A stretch of 64,000 bases of DNA, taken from assembly GCF_003334385.1 (NCBI RefSeq), contig NZ_QOWN01000001.1, one strand, 5' to 3'. A program made the translations under genes and the position numbers. This DNA comes from Escherichia coli (GTDB taxonomy: Bacteria > Pseudomonadota > Gammaproteobacteria > Enterobacterales > Enterobacteriaceae). Position 1 is the stretch's first letter, and every line of letters starts with the position of its first letter. Below the pieces are notes generated by a model. That model made no database searches and was not told the origin of the DNA. It was given only the letters and a program-made list of their open reading frames with translations. Shown piece by piece: positions 62,371-64,000 of the stretch.

Positions 62371-63690
62371 ATGTTGCCGTTTCTGAAAGCGCCTGCCGAT
62401 GCGCCATTAATGACTGATAAATATGAAATTGATGCCCGCTATCGCTACTGGCGTCGGCATATTCTGCTGACCATCTGGCTGGGTTACGCGCTGTTTTACT
62501 TCACGCGGAAAAGTTTTAACGCCGCCGTACCAGAAATCCTTGCTAACGGCGTGCTCAGCCGTAGCGATATCGGCCTGTTAGCGACCCTGTTTTACATTAC
62601 CTATGGCGTGTCGAAGTTTGTCTCCGGCATTGTCAGCGATCGCTCAAATGCCCGTTATTTTATGGGGATAGGGCTTATCGCCACGGGCATTATCAACATT
62701 CTGTTTGGCTTCTCGACGTCGCTATGGGCGTTTGCCGTGCTCTGGGTGCTGAACGCCTTTTTCCAGGGCTGGGGTTCACCGGTGTGTGCGCGTCTGTTAA
62801 CGGCCTGGTATTCACGTACCGAGCGCGGCGGTTGGTGGGCATTATGGAACACGGCGCATAACGTCGGCGGCGCACTCATTCCCATTGTGATGGCAGCGGC
62901 TGCGCTGCATTACGGCTGGCGTGCCGGGATGATGATTGCTGGTTGTATGGCGATAGTCGTGGGGATTTTTCTCTGCTGGCGGCTACGCGATCGCCCGCAG
63001 GCGTTAGGTTTACCGGCGGTCGGTGAATGGCGACACGACGCGCTGGAAATTGCTCAACAACAAGAAGGGGCAGGGTTGACGCGTAAAGAGATCCTCACCA
63101 AATATGTGTTGCTGAATCCGTATATCTGGCTGCTTTCGTTTTGCTATGTGCTGGTCTATGTGGTCCGGGCGGCGATCAACGACTGGGGCAATTTGTATAT
63201 GTCCGAGACACTGGGCGTCGATCTGGTCACGGCGAATACGGCAGTGACGATGTTTGAACTGGGCGGATTTATCGGTGCGCTGGTAGCCGGTTGGGGCTCG
63301 GACAAATTGTTTAACGGCAACCGAGGGCCGATGAATTTGATTTTCGCCGCCGGAATTTTGCTTTCAGTCGGCTCCCTGTGGCTGATGCCATTTGCCAGCT
63401 ACGTGATGCAGGCAACCTGCTTCTTCACCATTGGTTTTTTTGTCTTTGGCCCACAGATGTTAATCGGTATGGCGGCGGCAGAGTGTTCCCACAAAGAGGC
63501 GGCAGGGGCGGCGACGGGGTTTGTCGGCTTGTTTGCTTATCTGGGGGCGTCGCTTGCTGGTTGGCCGCTGGCGAAAGTACTCGATACCTGGCACTGGAGC
63601 GGATTTTTTGTGGTTATCTCTATCGCCGCCGGGATTTCCGCACTGCTGTTACTGCCCTTTTTGAACGCCCAGACACCGCGCGAAGCGTGA
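62371..63690 (+). CDS. uhpC: Membrane sensor UhpC (MFS, UhpT-like)
   Basis: 439 aa from ATG at 62371 (MLPFLKAPADAPLMTDKYEIDARYRYWRRH...). Confidence 0.92.
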   Translation: MLPFLKAPADAPLMTDKYEIDARYRYWRRHILLTIWLGYALFYFTRKSFNAAVPEILANGVLSRSDIGLLATLFYITYGVSKFVSGIVSDRSNARYFMGIGLIATGIINILFGFSTSLWAFAVLWVLNAFFQGWGSPVCARLLTAWYSRTERGGWWALWNTAHNVGGALIPIVMAAAALHYGWRAGMMIAGCMAIVVGIFLCWRLRDRPQALGLPAVGEWRHDALEIAQQQEGAGLTRKEILTKYVLLNPYIWLLSFCYVLVYVVRAAINDWGNLYMSETLGVDLVTANTAVTMFELGGFIGALVAGWGSDKLFNGNRGPMNLIFAAGILLSVGSLWLMPFASYVMQATCFFTIGFFVFGPQMLIGMAAAECSHKEAAGAATGFVGLFAYLGASLAGWPLAKVLDTWHWSGFFVVISIAAGISALLLLPFLNAQTPREA

Positions 63691-63826
63691 TGCATCTCAC
63701 CTTTTCACTTCATATCCGGCAAAACTAAGAAATTTTCCAGGTTTTGCCTGGACGCTATCTCAGGCCTGATTTGCTGCTGATTTTTACAATGCATGCCTCA
63801 CGCAGGTATTCATTTCAGGAGTAACC

Positions 63827-64000
63827 CATGCTGGCTTTCTTAAACCAGGTTCGCAAGCCGACCCTGGACCTTCCGCTCGAAGTGCGGTGCAAAATGTGGT
63901 TCAAACCGTTCATGCAATCCTACCTGGTGGTCTTTATCGGCTACCTGACGATGTACCTGATTCGCAAGAACTTTAACATCGCGCAGAACGATATGATTTC
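63827..64000 (+). CDS. uhpT: Hexose-phosphate:phosphate antiporter UhpT, 5' portion (3' end outside window)
   Basis: ATG at 63827 after RBS aggag; [58 protein letters not shown]...; continues past the window edge. Confidence 0.9.

Overview
This window reads as a collinear, reverse-oriented stretch of the Escherichia coli K-12-type chromosome (about 83-84 min), running from the 3' end of pstS to the 5' end of uhpT. I do not see a novel or foreign system in it. Gene order is pstSCAB-phoU, the cryptic bglGFBH operon, yieL-yieK, cbrCB-yieH, adeP, chrR-yieE-yidZ-mdtL, tnaBA-tnaC, mnmE-yidC-yidD-rnpA-rpmH, dnaA-dnaN-recF-gyrB, yidB-yidA, yidX, dgoRKADT, cbrA, yidR, yidQ, ibpAB, yidE, yidP, the glv PTS locus, yidLKJ, yidI, yidHGF, emrD, tisB/istR, ivbL-ilvBN, uhpABC and the start of uhpT. 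Essentially every long ORF is accounted for by a recognisable housekeeping or known accessory gene. I found no transposase, integrase, phage, CRISPR, tRNA or rRNA signal. All identifications rest on reading the supplied translations and the DNA by eye; no database search was run, and regulatory-site coordinates are approximate. The most interesting points are the tisB/istR-1 type I toxin-antitoxin with its visible antisense target repeat, the glv locus (continuous EIICB ORF beside a broken glvG), and the sulfatase yidJ paired with what looks like a maturase remnant, yidF.
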